Source: Blasia pusilla (Eukaryota). From it: a stretch of DNA of 64,000 bases. This document shows, piece by piece, positions 1-14,574 of this stretch. The first letter of the stretch is position 1; every line of letters starts with the position of its first letter. Location: the NCBI GenBank assembly GCA_050084515.1, contig CM114271.1:17732001-17796000 (forward strand), read 5' to 3'. Position numbers and translations under genes: made by a program. The notes under the pieces are model-generated. The model saw only the letters and a program-made list of their open reading frames with translations, made no database searches and was not told the DNA's origin.

Positions 1-2143
1 CCATATTAGATAAAGAGACTACACTGGTGAGGTCTACGAATGGTCTTTTTTCATTCCCCTTCTATGGTTCCTCTTGAGATTCATGCATCTTGTGACAATA
101 TCAACCATCCGACAAAACAAATATATTGTCCGTATATAAAAAATTAGTAGAATAAATAAATAAATAAATGCAAAAATCCTTAAACTAAAATTTATGTCCT
201 TGAACATTATATTCTAATTTAAAAAACAAATTCACATATAACTTAAGTTTTCATACAAAATATGAAATAAGACAATAATTCGAATGAGCAATGAAACTCA
301 TATGTACTGATCTCACTTGAGTCCTTTGAGCAAATTTTATGACAATCACTTATTCTCCATGATCTCAACCCTCAACAATCAAGTACATATGAATGGCCAA
401 GGGATGCGATCGTGTGAAGAATTTGTATCTCCTTCTCTTTCATGACCTCCAACTACTTATTCTGAAATACATTGATGATTTACCATAGGCGTGGTAAAAA
501 AACTTGATGCACTCTCATCAGAACTATAACTCAAAGTGTTTCTCAAAGGGCTTATACTAACATTAAGAGCATAAATCCCATTTTAAAAAATCAGCAATAG
601 TCCTTAGATAGGACTTGATGCCTTATCCATACTTAAACAAGTCAGCAATGGAACCTAGCCACAACTTGAAGCATTATTCCTATTTTCAACGATCCGCGAT
701 GAAACATACTCCAAACTTGATATTTCTATTACCTCAACGATGTCGGCATCTATAGGTATATAATCCCTTTCTTGTTCATCAAGAGGAACGTAGAACTCAC
801 CATCGCTATAGCGTAAATTGTCAACACTCATTTATAAAGTATCCTTTGGTAGAATTTGCATTATCCATAAATATATTATAATTAAAAAAATATTTTAACA
901 TAATAATAAAATCAATAATAAATGATAATAAATCTCCACATATTAAAATTATAATATAAGTAGAGAATACTTGCTTTTTTGAGTCAGTCCACTCCCAAAG
1001 AAATGAAACTATAACGTTTGCTCAACTCAACAATCTGAACCATACATATATGAGAACAAAACAATACCAGTGAGACACTTTAGAAACTTCAAATAATGGT
1101 GAGGAAACATTAGAAACGTTCATGTTTCTTAAAGGATTTCAAACATTCAAATCATCCAATTTCTCACATCGTACCGAATGGAAAAATAGAGGAATTGTTG
1201 TGGAAAAATATAGGAATTAAGGAAACAAACGAAGAAAACCGATCATCTACTTCTTTACTTCCTCCTAAAATTAAGTGAGTGGGCAAGAAGTCAAGGAGCA
1301 CTTTTCTCTTGCCTACTAATTTTCACCTTTATGTTCAACACTCGAATTATAATTGGGAGAAAGAATATCAAACATCGAATCTCCAATATCCCCTACTCTG
1401 TAGACCTGAATTCCAAGTCGAACTCATCAAAGACATACCATCCCTCTAAATGATAGATGAAAGTGAAGGAATATTCTTCACCGCTCATGGCACCTGGGTT
1501 TGATAATAGCAATTGAAACAGAAGGCAGTGAATACAAAACCTTACGAGTTTACGAAGAATAGCATGTTCGAGGTGCGCATGCCCACCACTGACATCCCCA
1601 CAAAGCAAAAACCTTGGTTTGTACACAAAAGGTGTATAGGATCTAATCTTGATACCAAAGGAGCTAGCAAAGGCATGATCGCCACAATTGCCTTGTGAAC
1701 AAGACAAAAACATATCTTGCCAATTCCCCGCAAGCTTGCGATGCGTGGCGGAAAAATAGAGGAGAGAATGTGATCCAACATATGTTTTGCCTCGTCAAGC
1801 TCTCCAAGCTATGCGGAGGTTTTGCAATGCAAGCAAACTGTAGGATGTTTTGATGATGAAGGTGTTATTCACATTAAATTACTAATGTTTTAAGTCAATT
1901 GGTTATATTTCTACGAGACCGCGAGCCAAGGGGAGAAAGGTTGTAAGGTTTTGAAAAATGATTGGGATCCAAAAGAGTCAAGGAATTTGAGAATAGGATG
2001 CAATCAGAAATTCCCGTGTGATCATTATTGACTTTTACACGGATTGTAACATGGAATTCCAAAACCGTTATAAAAAAAAAGAAAATGAGTTAATAGTATG
2101 GATTTATGCGCTTGATGATCCTTATTGTGCACATTTGACCATT

Positions 2144-2615
2144 TGTAACATACCTCATAGAGGTATGTTACAAATAAAAACTCTCTCGTTTACAACCGAG
2201 TATATACAGCTAAAGACACGCCTACACTCTACATCTTTCATTCTTCCTCAAATATTTTCCTGGAAATAAAGGAGGCTCCTCTCTTCAGCTGATGCTTCCT
2301 CCAATTCTCTCGCCAATTTGTGATATAGTTGTGCTCCAATTTGTGGTTGGAATCCTCGATAGATGCTTCCTCTCTTTGACCGATGCTTTCTCTAGTTCTC
2401 TTGCTACTTCCTCTAACAGCTTCCTCCAGTCCTCTCACCACTTCCTTCAACAACAGTGTTGAGCTCCATGTTAGATACAAGACTTATTTGCCAACCTAGA
2501 GCGTGTACAATAACATGTGTCTTACTACACCTAGTTAGTACCAAAAGTTTCATTTGTCAGTAGAGATCTCCCAAGGGTGGGATGCAAATCAAAAGACATC
2601 CCCCCGTTGAAAAAT
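2144..2615 (-). mobile_element. Possible LTR plus polypurine-tract relic
   Basis: Minus strand reads TTTTTCAACGGGGGGA then TGTC (gypsy-like PPT/LTR junction at 2598) and ends GAGGTATGTTACA at 2144. No partner copy in the window. Confidence 0.3.
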
Positions 2616-5600
2616 AAGTCGGGCTTATGGCCTCATTCAAATTGATGGTCGGGAGAATATAATCTCATTTAAATATCTTTTAACTTTTTTTCACAAAAGG
2701 ACGTTTGAGACGGCCACTTGTAGAATGGGCTTCACTTCTTGGGGAAGGGGGAGTTACCAAACGATGTAACACCCCGCGGGGCCCCTTAGATAAGGAGGGT
2801 CTATCAATATCTACCCAAATCGAAATAACTATAAAATAGTGTACCTTTACGCTATTAATTTCACAACTTTATGCTTTCTGCCTTTGGATTTGTAGTCAGT
2901 GGATTTTTGTTTCGTACACAAGAACTTAGTTTACTTCATTTCTCTTACTCTCTACTCGTCACCTAACATCTATATGGTCCATTGTATAGAGTTTATCTTA
3001 CTTATATACTCAATAATTATACCACTTTGTTGACTAGGCTAGGACTCCTAATATCCTCAAGAGATATGCATACGATATTTTTCATTGTGGACGTGAAATA
3101 TCAATATTTTGTCTTCTTGTATTTTATTTTACTTGTGTGCTCATGCCTTGAGAGAAGCCTTTCCAAGAGTTTGATGCTTGTTACTTCATTTTAGAACTTT
3201 ATGTTCCTCGCTCATCAACTTTGTTTGTTATGTTTCACTCATTCTTTCATTCTCTACTCCACAATTATTTGTTCAATTCGTATTTAGTTTCTCTCAATTC
3301 ATAATGAATGTTTTATTCGTCTATTATTGAAAGATCATTGCCCATACTCTTCAATTCAAGCATAAATTAAAACCTTATTAAATTAGTGATGAAGAAGCAA
3401 TTATTGATGACAAAATTTGACACAACTATTTTAAATTCGAAACATATGCAATAAGAGGCCTACAAAATATAAGATTCTTAACTCCCCATAATGTTATTAA
3501 TAAAATTCTCTTAAAAATTTAGAATCATTTTTTATCTATATTATCTAAGTAAATAAATGCTTAGTTATTAAAATATTTAACCACCATTTTTGCAATAAAT
3601 ACATTGTGACACATTGTAAATTAAAAAAAGAATAAAATGGAAATGTTTTTGAAAAGGAAAATTTCTATGAAAAGATTCATTCAATTTATTGGATAAATAC
3701 TGATTGGAACTAATGAAATATAATACAAAAATTAAAACTTTGTTCTGCTAAGGATTTTTTTTTTTATTCAAAATAATTTTACTGCCAACATTCATATCCT
3801 TGTATTTTTCCATGTCATAACTCCATGACGATATGGATCGATCCTTGTAGATTCTCTCTGTCTTTTATTGTTCGGATGCGGAGAAATAAATAAAATGATT
3901 TATCATGGAAACCAACACGATTGGAGACTTTATATCTATACACGCTCGAGTAACATATACAAATATGTTTTAAAGTTAGAGTTTAAGTTAAAGTTTTAAA
4001 GTTGGAGGTGTAAGTATGTTTCAATATATACGACCAAATATAAAGGGAACAAACATTTTACTATCAATTTATAAATAACTTCTGATTTTTTCTAGAATTC
4101 TTTCGTCTTCGATACTAAGAAGTCTTTCTTATTCAATACTAAGAAGTCTCTTGTTTATGGTTTGGTCAACAAAATCTACATCTCATTGCCAAAAAAAAAA
4201 CTGTCGTCCCTTCGTATTATCCCACATGGTGTTTCCCTAAAAATTGGGGCAAGATGAAAAGATATACCTTCTTTTGTTATCACATCATATAAGATGATTG
4301 GCAATTTATCGTTGATAATGGTAGTTTTTCGTACGTAGAGCTTTGGGGCACAAGATTAACTCTAAGAAAATTGGATTAAGTTTGATCAATGTCCTCCATA
4401 TAGAAGAGGAGTATATGGTTTCAATTTGGCTAGAAAAGGTGGGGAAGGGAGAGCATAAAGAACCATACTTAGAGATCCTAAACATGGAGTGATTATTCAT
4501 TCTATTAATGTGATTTGCTTATGCGTCGATTATGTTACATGCAATTGAACTATGAAGAGATAATATACAAAGGTGAAGACAAATATTTTACATATCTCAT
4601 CATACGCTACTCGTAGTATTATTATTAATTATTTGAAATTGTCTTTCTATGTGGTAAACCAGTACGCGGTCATTGAAAATTTGGATGCGGCACCACAAGG
4701 AAATAGAATACAAGGGAGTGTGATAAATGGGGTGGGGGAGAGACAAATATTTAATTCAGAATGCAAGGTTGGGACACCACTAGGGGAGAGGAAAAAAAAC
4801 TAGAGAGGATAATTTTTGACGAGATCAAATGGATATGGACTTAGACAGATGGAACAGATCGGAGGTTGTCACGTTAATATCACACGAATATCATCAATTA
4901 TAAAAACTTAATTACATAAAATCATACAGACCACACGAATCTGTTACGTGGATTCACGGTGGATATAATTGTGAAACTCTCGTCCACGGTAGAGAGCAAC
5001 CACACAAATCAAAACAACTTGCCCATTCAAGGTGCAAAACGAAGCTTACTTGTAGAGGATGTAAATCTCGTAAAATTGATATTTCCTACTCCAAACATGG
5101 AGTTAATTTATCTGTATATCACCCATCCTTTGTATGCCATCAAATTTTTGGATGCATAGGTCTTTTATTAAATTTGGTTACATATGCGTACATCTTGTTT
5201 TTAAAATAGCATATCTACTTTGGAATGCATGGGTTAGATAAAGGAAGGGAGACTTCTTATGTTTCCTAAACAAGGAGGGAAGAGCACATGATTATTTCTC
5301 AACATAGAAGTTATAATTTATGTTTTGTTTTAAATGAGGCGAAAGATGAGAGGTTTAAGAGTAGATATGCATATTCTTTACTCTACTATATTTGATGTCA
5401 CATCCTAGATAGGAGTTATATCATATAGGTTCAAATCAAAGCTTATAAACACTTGTTTGTAAGAAAAAAAATTATGTGAGATAGCCATAGAAGCACCAAA
5501 AACCAAACTTATTTGAAATTGAAATGCACATGACATCTGTATGTTCAAGATGACTTGTTGAGGAAGAATATAACATTTGCAAGCATGTTTCCCTTTGTCT

Positions 5601-8600
5601 TGGGATGATCTTGAGTAAGATTGGCTTAGCTGTATGCTTAACATGGATCTTGTTTGGATTCTAAACTTACTTCCTCTAGTTTGAAGAGTGATTGTTACCA
5701 TCATATTTTAGGCTAAATATAAGTTAATGACCTACATCCATCCATACTATTAAGAGAGGATAACTTTGCAAATCGCAACCATCAATCCGATTGACAGATA
5801 TTTTTGGGATAATAATATAATATTTCAGAGGCACGTGTAATAATATAATACCTCAGAGGCACATGTGCAGCTAAATAAGGACATATAAAGTATAATCCTA
5901 AATTTTTTCGTATCTACCTACAAGAAGTACTACTTGAGATGGCAATTGCATAACTTGGTTCATGAATGCCTCTCAAAAGTGATAAACCATATAACGAGTA
6001 AACCAATATCTATGTACAAAGGATCTCGACGTGATATGGATTAAAGAAAGAGAGATCAATAACCATTGGTACTTCATCCCTATCCATGATTTGTGAACAT
6101 CCTCTATCCTCTTATACAAATATAGATTATGGATGGTCGTTACGCATATTCCCTTGGAATCAAAGATTACAAATTTTTGAAAAGTAGTAGATTTGTAAAC
6201 CTTTGATTCCTACAAAATAGATTGTGTGCGGAGTTTCTCTTCCAAGAGGGGTAATTCACTCTTATGGAAGAGTGACCGAGTCCAAATCCATCCATTATAT
6301 GGAGAATGATATATGGAACTCCTGAAAGATAAAAAATCTTTCCAAATGGTTATCTCGATATATATTGTACTCACAAACTTCTGAATAGTACATTATGGCT
6401 AAGTCACTCTCATGAATGGGATAATCCATTCGAGATTGTGGGATAATCCATTGAAGAGCGACAATAGAAACTCGAAAAAAATGAAGTTAAAGGTAGTGAA
6501 CCCTTGAAGATCCCTCATATTTATATACTCATAAAGGATCTAAAAGGCTAGAAAAGCTCGATCTTATCTTGTGCCACACAGCTTCCTCTCAAGACTTAAC
6601 CAATCCCATCTTAACACAAGTATATATTCTTTTAACTCATCATGAAATATCCCTTTAACTTTCTTTTGTATCCTCTAAATAATCAAACTATCATAGCCTT
6701 ATCTTATTTTCAAACCAAGAGTATTTTGGTTTAATTTTCATAAATACACTAAATCCCAAATGCTTAACTCACTACTTTTTTAATTTTCACGTTTGATTTA
6801 TAACTCATTTTCCTATAGTTGGGCTCGCACAAATAAGACATCTTAGATATAAATTTTCATTTTCCTAAATTAATAATATTAAACTTATAAAAACTATCTC
6901 TATTGCTAATAAAGTTGAAATATACATGTTGTATCTATTTTCTACACGATAACGTTAGTTATCATGAAGTTTCTTCATGAAGTTGTTTAACATAAGGGGA
7001 GGAAAGTTTCCAACTTTGGCTCTAAAGAGCGGTCTGAAATAATAATAAAGGAGTTGCTGAAGCAAGGAGGGACTAGGAAACTAAGATTGGATAAATAATA
7101 AAGAAGAAGATGGTTAGATTTAAATAACAATGAATTAGGTTTGATATTTAATCGAGTGAGTGATATAGTTAATATTTCCAAAGGGAATTTAAATAAACAA
7201 TAATTTGATTTTCCCAACAATTATTTGAAAAATATAAGTGAAATTTACTTGATCTCAAGGCATATTTCAAAATGAACCGATATTTGTCAATATTGAGACA
7301 CAGAGTTTGAGTTCGAGACGTTGGGCCAATAAGTATGAGTATTTGGTCAAGTGGAAGGGCTACCATGTGAAGGAGGTGACTCGGATTGTTGAGGAAGATT
7401 CAGAACATGCGCAAGAGGTGTTACAAAACTTCAAATGGATGCAGGAAAAGCACATGCGTTGGTACATGGAGTATATCGGGACATGACTTGAGACTTTAGA
7501 AGTTTGGGCAAAAGGCAGTTATAACTAGAACATGATAGATTTGCAATAAAGAAATACATGGATTTGGAGATTCGATGCTTAGGTGTTTGATTGCAGGATG
7601 TTTGCGGTGGTGCATGATAATGAGTATTTCCTTATGTGCTTAAGTTGTAAGTTAAGAGGAGAGACAAGGCATAGCTTTGCTGAGAGTGGTTGCATTTGGA
7701 TAAGTACAAAGCTAGAACAAGACCAAGTGTTGGGTTACTAACAATTGGGCTCGTCTAAGCGTTGGCAGGGTAGATCACTCTATTTTGGGGCTTGGGATCC
7801 ATGATCTTATTTGTAATAGCATGAGTGAACTTAGTGACGCGCCCAAATTGAATATGAGGGCAAACCAAAATTAGTATGGCTCGTGGATCTTGTAAATAAG
7901 CAGGATGTCTAGGTGTTTTGAGCAAATGAAGTCCTAGGTAGTAGACTTAGTTAGCTTATTTTGATCGGTTGGGTTAGTTTGAAGGAAGTGATGTAGACTT
8001 AATGATGAGGAAAAGCTGTGGTGTATGCAACAATCTAAGACTTAAGCCAAAAGAGGAATTGCATATTAGTTACCATATTATAATGTGATGTCAAAGGGTC
8101 GACTTCCAAAAAAGCCTTGACGTGAGAAGGTATGCGTTAACGAGGGCATCAAACTCAAAGTGGGTTGAGTGTCGCGACCTTCATAACGAAACAAGCGCCG
8201 ATGTGAAACATCATGATTAACAAGCTCACACTAGGATGGATGCGCGTCGGAGAAGTCCCTTGAATAGTATATGAGATACGAGATGCGAGTAAGGTTGACC
8301 ATTTCATGTTTCAACAATCATGACTTGTGAAAACTGGGCCAAATACTTACCAAGACTTGAGAAGAGTCGAGTTTAAGAAGAGTGGGTTGCCACAGAGGAT
8401 GAGAATCCGAATTGGAACTTGACTAGTGTTTGGGGTTTCAATGTGTATAAGGTCATAATGGCCATACTTGATGTGCATTTGAGAAAATAAGGTGGCATTG
8501 GGAAGCTTATGCAAAACCAATTCCAACGAGACAAATAGATTAGCAGGGTCCAAGAAATTGCTACAAAATTTTCAAAAGGTGATAAGGATTGAGGACCAAA

Positions 8601-9578
8601 AGGAGTGGCTTGAGAGGATTTCCCAATGGTAGGGGGAGGTTGGAGAACCCTAGAAGGTTATATAAGGGGGTAGGTCTCCAAGGATGCTTGGGACTCAGAC
8701 TCCACTTTTGAGAGCCACGGGGCGAACCATGGGCACAGAATGGGTGCATTTGGGTGTGAAAAGCAAGCTAAGTCCAAGGGCGTGTATCTGGGAGGTCACC
8801 CTTGGATTCCAACCCATGACTCAATTATTGGGTCTCGGTTAGGGATTCATATGAGGTCTATTGGATAGTCAGGACCGCTAGGCGTGCCTGCACCGTTTTA
8901 GGTGTATGAACTATCAAAAAATTTTGTCGCAAGTCTAGGACGACTTACCCTTGTTGGGAAGTGAAGAGTTAGGCCATGTTGAGCTTGATCAATGACCCGA
9001 TATGTGAACTCAAGGAGTTGGAAGGCAGGTCGACTCGAATCAAGACTAACGAGAGTGTGTTGGATGCAGATCAAGAGAGTGAGCATGACCTAGTGAGCCT
9101 ACGCTTCCGTATCATATGACATTCAAGAGGAGTAGGCGTATGACAAAATATGTGGTTTGCAAAAAACACACAAACTTGTTGTAATGGAATAACAAGGGAT
9201 GTCTTTTTAGTGCAGTCGGTCATTTTTGTGACTCAATTTGCATTAGTTGAACATAAGGGTGTTGCTAAATCTTCTTGGAGGGCAGGTGCCTTCATATATC
9301 CACAACAATGCTGGGATGAAAAATATAATTATAAATTCTGGCTGTAGGTCCTTTTTCTCTCTCTCTAGAGCTAAAGGTATGCACTCCGTTGTCATACAGA
9401 CTTTAAAAGCTCCAAAAGTAAAGGTAAATGAAATTTTTTTCTCAAGACCTAAAGGCCTAACTACTTGTTTAATTAGTCTAAAGGAACAACGTTAGAATGT
9501 GGATTGACCCATTTTTCACAAGAGTCCCGTAGCATCGAAAAGTATAAGCTTACTTATTATAGGGAGAGTCATCACGAG

Positions 9579-10083
9579 TGTTAGGATAGATTGGTGGGAT
9601 CTAGCAAATTGTCTACACGAGTAGTGGAGGACAGAGCCCAGGAGGTCAAGGATGACCCGCTGAGGCCTCGGGAAACCTGAGAGAGCAGGTTTTCCCTTTC
9701 ATCTCGGCTCATTTGGACACATATAGAGAAACTTCCTATTTTTTGTAAGTTTCCATGTTGGGATATTTGACTTTCCACTTTGGGAAGTGGCCCTTGACCC
9801 GCTACAGCAAGTCAAGATCCAAGGAGGTGACCTGCGAGCATAAGTTACCGTTGAGAGGGCTTGGGAGAGGGAAGGGGATATACCTCCAAGAGAGAGAGTT
9901 TGAGAGCTCATTCTCTCTTTGTTTAAACTCTTGGCATAAGGCGGCGCAGCTATGGTCCCTTGCCTTGTGAGTGTTACCCAAGCCTCTCATTAGCAGAGTG
10001 GGTCTTTTTTGACATGAGAGAGTGTACACCTTTGAGAGTTATGGTGTGAGATGGTGTAGAGAAAGATTGGATCTTACTTTACA
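9579..10083 (+). repeat. Left LTR (TG...CA, ~505 bp)
   Basis: Starts TGTTAGG at 9579 and ends TTTACA at 10083. Its 3' ~285 bp recur at 17792-18082. No canonical PBS seen after it. Confidence 0.75.
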
Positions 10084-11849
10084 AAGAGAGAATGAGAGAG
10101 TGATAGAGTTTCATGGAGGAGCTTGCTAGTCACTTTTTTTTTGCAGGTTGGGGACCGTATTCCCTATTCAGCAGCTCATGGGAGTGCTCACCGGAGCAAG
10201 GGCAACTTTGATTTTTCTTTGCATTTGCCGATTTTTCGTGTGGAAGAGTGGCGCGTGGAATCGTTGCCCAAATTATGATAGGGATTGATTTATGGGGTGG
10301 GTTGCCCTATGTGGCCGTTGTGGGAAGCACCATGTAGCTTGCTGATTTGTATTTTTACACGTTTTACATTTTTTTGGGAGAAATCAACACGGAAGCGCTA
10401 CCAAATTTTGGGTAGGAGAAAGAGACATTGGGCTTTATGACAATTCCCGTTAGTTTTTACTGAATTTTTTTATTCGTAATATTTGTTGGTGTTTTCGTAG
10501 ATCGTGAAGCTGTGCACGCTATGCAAAAAACAATGCATAATTTGGAGTTGCGAGCAAAACGTTATAGTCAATCTTGCAAAATTGCCATTGCTAGGCAATT
10601 TCTAGGGCTAAATTGTTCAAACCCTAAACCAGCCGCCACGCCGGCGGCGGCGGCGGTCGCCGTCATAATCATCATCAAGGGTCCGCCATTGATGATCAAT
10701 GGTCAACCGTCACCATCAACGGTCAACTGTGAGTGTCAATGGTCCATCGCCTGTTGTCCATCCGTTAGTTGCCATTGCCGTTGTTACGTAGTGGAGGGGA
10801 TTCGACAACGTTCGTTTATTCTCTAACTTGCGTCGCCACCACGTACTTTGTTTTGGCCGCCACCGTAATTGCAGTTTCATCATCAACCATTGATGGCAGA
10901 TGACCTCCGGTTATGGTGTTTGAGTTTTGATTTCATGCTTCTATGTTGTGATTGGTAGCTGCTTGACAACGATCGAAGATCGTGCCGTGATGCCCGTAAC
11001 CGCAATGCGCCGTTGATTGCTGCGTCGTGCGCTCGTGGCCGAACCGCATCACCTCAATTGCAGAACCGCTCCTTCACTAAGGAGCACAGCAAGTGAATTG
11101 CTGATTGAGGAGGGTATACCGCCTCACCCCATTCCCGAGTACCGTGCTTTTTGTAGCCGTTTCGTGCCGCACCGAACCGCTCGACCTGCACCGCACATCG
11201 AGGAGATTGAGCAGCATCAGTACGAGAGGAGAATGACTTCCTGATTGGAGGAGTTGTCTTCATGACCGAGTTGGGCTCGAGATTTAGAGTTGCTGATGAG
11301 CGACATCGACACGTGTTTAGGTTACCCATTCTGGTCCTTTACCGTGCACGTGTGAGGGATTATGGGATTTGGGTAGTTTATTTGGGGATATTGGGTTGTG
11401 TGGATGCTGAGAGCACCATTTATGTATGTGGTTTAGTGGACATAGGCCTATCTGGGATATTTGGAGTTTAGGGTAGGTTATCGATGAGATGATAGCTAGG
11501 TCAATTTTCCGCACCATGTCGCGTGTTGCCGCACGTTACATGTCTCGGGGACAGAGAGTGTAGATCGACTGCCTCATGTTTGGGATGAGAGATTGAGGGA
11601 TTACTCACGACGTTGAGAGTGATCGGGTGAGAAGGGTACGAGGGTCATCAAGGCGTCCGTTCGGGACTTTGAGAGGCGAGGTGGCGAAACGGAGAGTAGC
11701 TCTGAGGTTTTACGCGCACTCGCGCAAGGTTTCGAGGATCTCCACATGAGGGACCACCTCGACCTCCTTGTGTGTCATCGTTAGACAAGGGGGAGGGTGT
11801 AGAGCACATCGCCACACATTTTGAGTGGTCCTACCAATTGGGCGTACGA

Positions 11850-12935
11850 GATGGATGACCGAGGTAGAGAACCGGGTAGGTTTTTAGGTGTAGGAGGCAC
11901 GATTGAGTTGCACGATTTCAAAGCACAGTTTAGGAGTTGGTGCGACTCCCGGCGGGCCATGAACTCTAGAGAGTTCAACCTGTTTACAACATAGAATGCT
12001 ATGTTCTTGGATTTAGAGGGGGCTCCCATGGACGATTACCATGAGTTCTCTCAGAGATATGCCCGTGAGATCGAGGCGTGGAGGCTCTACTATGACCCAC
12101 ATTATGTGTCATGGACGGAGCCGTTCCCTGATGAGGAGGAGGAGTCAAGAGAGGCTACTTCCTCTTCCACTAGTGACGTTTTAGGAGGGGTCACTCGCAC
12201 TGGACAAGTTGCATCGTCTAGTCAGGTTCATCCCAGGTTCAAGCCCGTGGTTGAGTTCTTTGCCGAGTTGAGGGCGAGCTACGAGGGGGTACGGACAGAG
12301 AAGTTGGGGAGCATCCACGACTTCCTGAGACGCCCGGGTGAGAGTTTGGGTGCGGCTTACACTCGCTGGCGCCGGTTGATCAACGTCACTCAGGGGGTTG
12401 ATCAACGTCACTCAGGCTATCCAATCCTGGTACGCGATGTTGGACCGGACCCTGCGGAAACGGGTGCAAGGGGGTGCTTCTTATGAACACCTCCCCTACG
12501 TTGAGAGATGTTTTTTGGACCGTCGAGAAAATTGAGCGCAACATGGCGGAGGAGAGGGTAGCCACCATAGGTTATGGGCAAGAGCAGTCACGATTGGCTG
12601 CACCACCTGTGCAGCAACGTGGACTCCGAGATAGGTTGACTGTGGCACCACAAGCTCTAGGAAGATAGCAGGAGGTTGTGCCACAGAGACCTGCGTCTCC
12701 ATATGCGGCTCAGCAGCTGACACCTACTATTACTTGTTGGTCATGTGGTGGAGCCCATCATCAGCGCAATTGCACTCGTGAGGGTCATGGACGTGTGCCT
12801 CATCATGGAGGAGGAGATAGTGCTGCACCGGGAGGTTATCAGTGTGACTATTGTCAAAGGTATGGTCATACACGCGCAAAGTGTTTCAGTTTACATCCTG
12901 AGTTACGTCTGGACCGAGGACCAAAGGGGCACTAG
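11850..12935 (+). pseudogene. gag: gag of the gypsy element (disrupted)
   Basis: Retrotransposon gag-like segment FLRRPGESLGAAYTRWRRL and two CX2CX4HX4C knuckles (CWSCGGAHHQRNC, CDYCQRYGHTRAKC). A 22-bp tandem duplication at 12374-12416 shifts the frame; in-frame stops present. Start approximate. Confidence 0.8.
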
Positions 12936-13749
12936 AGTGAATAAGCGGCATGGGTGGGCCTAGAGATCGTGCACCAGGTGGTCCCGTTGGGGGACGAGGA
13001 GCTGGAGTTGCCCCACAGGGTGCTGGAGGTGCCCGTGGAGGAGGTAGAGTCCTACCACCTAGACGCGTCGAGGGAGATGTCGGGCGTGAGGCTAGGATGG
13101 CTGCTCAGAAACATCAGCTACAAGAGTAGATTGCCACTACGGCGTTGAGATTACCCGATGTCGGATCTGTGGCATCGACATCATATGGAGGAGCCAGAGA
13201 TATGGAGGATCCTGGTTGGACGTGCGGGGTTGCCCAAATGGAGGCCGCCGCAGTTGTGACTTGTGGAGCAGCCGTAGAGTTGGATCCATAGCGAGGGGAA
13301 GCCGGGAAACAGACTTGGCTTCCCCAATCTTACACGTTGTCTGAGGTGATGAGGACCCCATCGATGGGTCCTGATCAGAGTTCCTAGAGAGTTGGTGATG
13401 TCATTGGTGTGCAGGCACGGAGGGCGATGGGAGAAGCAAGTGCGACGACTCCTCTTATTGATGCTCATGAGGGGCATGTGTCGAGCACGTTGTTGGGGGC
13501 GGCGACCAGTGTGTACCTTGCTGCTTTATTTTCTGCTTTCTCATGTTATGACGTTGGGGGGTACGCCCGCTAAGGCTTTTCGTCGAGCCGCTACGCTATG
13601 TTAGCGTGGATTTGGAGTTCTTGCATCATGTTTAGAGGTGATTGGAGAGGAGATGATGAACCTTCCCTTTGAGCGGATGCTGGGGCTGTCCACGTCAGAT
13701 TCATGGTAGGCTGCGGCTGCTAGGATGGCGGAGATGCCCGATAGACCCG

Positions 13750-14153
13750 CGATAGAGCATGCCATGGATTCTCTAGGTGTTGTGTTGTTGGATAAACGAG
13801 GAGAGGTCTTCCAGTTGGTGAGTTCCGGAGGTAGAGCTTTTAGTCCGCAACGCGTCTTGTTGGATTCAGGAGTGGACCGGGAACCCTTGATGTTGGGGAA
13901 AGTGTTATTCTGAGGATTGGGCTTGACGAGAGCTGATGTGGAGCGTTATCCATTCTCGATAGAGACATCATTGGGTGGAGCGAGAACCACACAGTGTATC
14001 ACCCGACAGGAGGTCGTGGTGAGGATTCGCCTAGGACATTCTACAGATGAGTCCGTGGTGCGAGCCAAAGGGATAGTGATTGATATAGAGTCCTACGACG
14101 TCTTGGTTGGTGGAGCTGTGCTATACCCGATGGGGATTTCCCTAGATTACTAG
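13750..14153 (+). pseudogene. Retroviral-type aspartic protease (disrupted)
   Basis: PQRVLLDSG active-site motif and downstream SYDVLVGG (DILLG-like) motif, split by a TGA at ~13911. Confidence 0.75.
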
Positions 14154-14574
14154 GAGGAGTCAGCGATCTATGGACCAGGATGGCAGTCTGGTGATGGACG
14201 CCTTAGCTCATAACCCGTTTGATTCACAGGTGTAGTGATCGAGCAACGGCCAAGAGAGATGACAACCTTAGTAGCATCTGGAATTGCCATCACTTGGCCT
14301 GGTGATTTGATTGAGAGACATATCCATGCAGAGGAAACTCCCATTCCTAACATTTCTATGGAGAGGAGTGTTATGATAGCTACATGATTTCGTGGAGAAT
14401 AAGTGTCGCTGTGGGGCTCGACTGAGGAGCTTCGACGATTGGCAGATGAGCACGTGCACACCGCGTGGAGCGAGACATTTGCACGGCAACATGACGGGTC
14501 TGAGGAACCCGAGGTAGTAGGGAATGCTATGATGACATCCTTAGATACCACACCCATTTTGTGGTGTATCCAGG

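Noticed and set aside
400-1800. Coding-like fragments at the window start
   Set aside because: Short, stop-interrupted and without recognisable motifs; possibly TE debris but unsupported.
6984-9125. Possible additional long LTR or retroelement relic (TATATAAG at ~8659, ACGCTTCCG...TGACA at ~9102-9121)
   Set aside because: No partner repeat, TSD or coding motif could be established.
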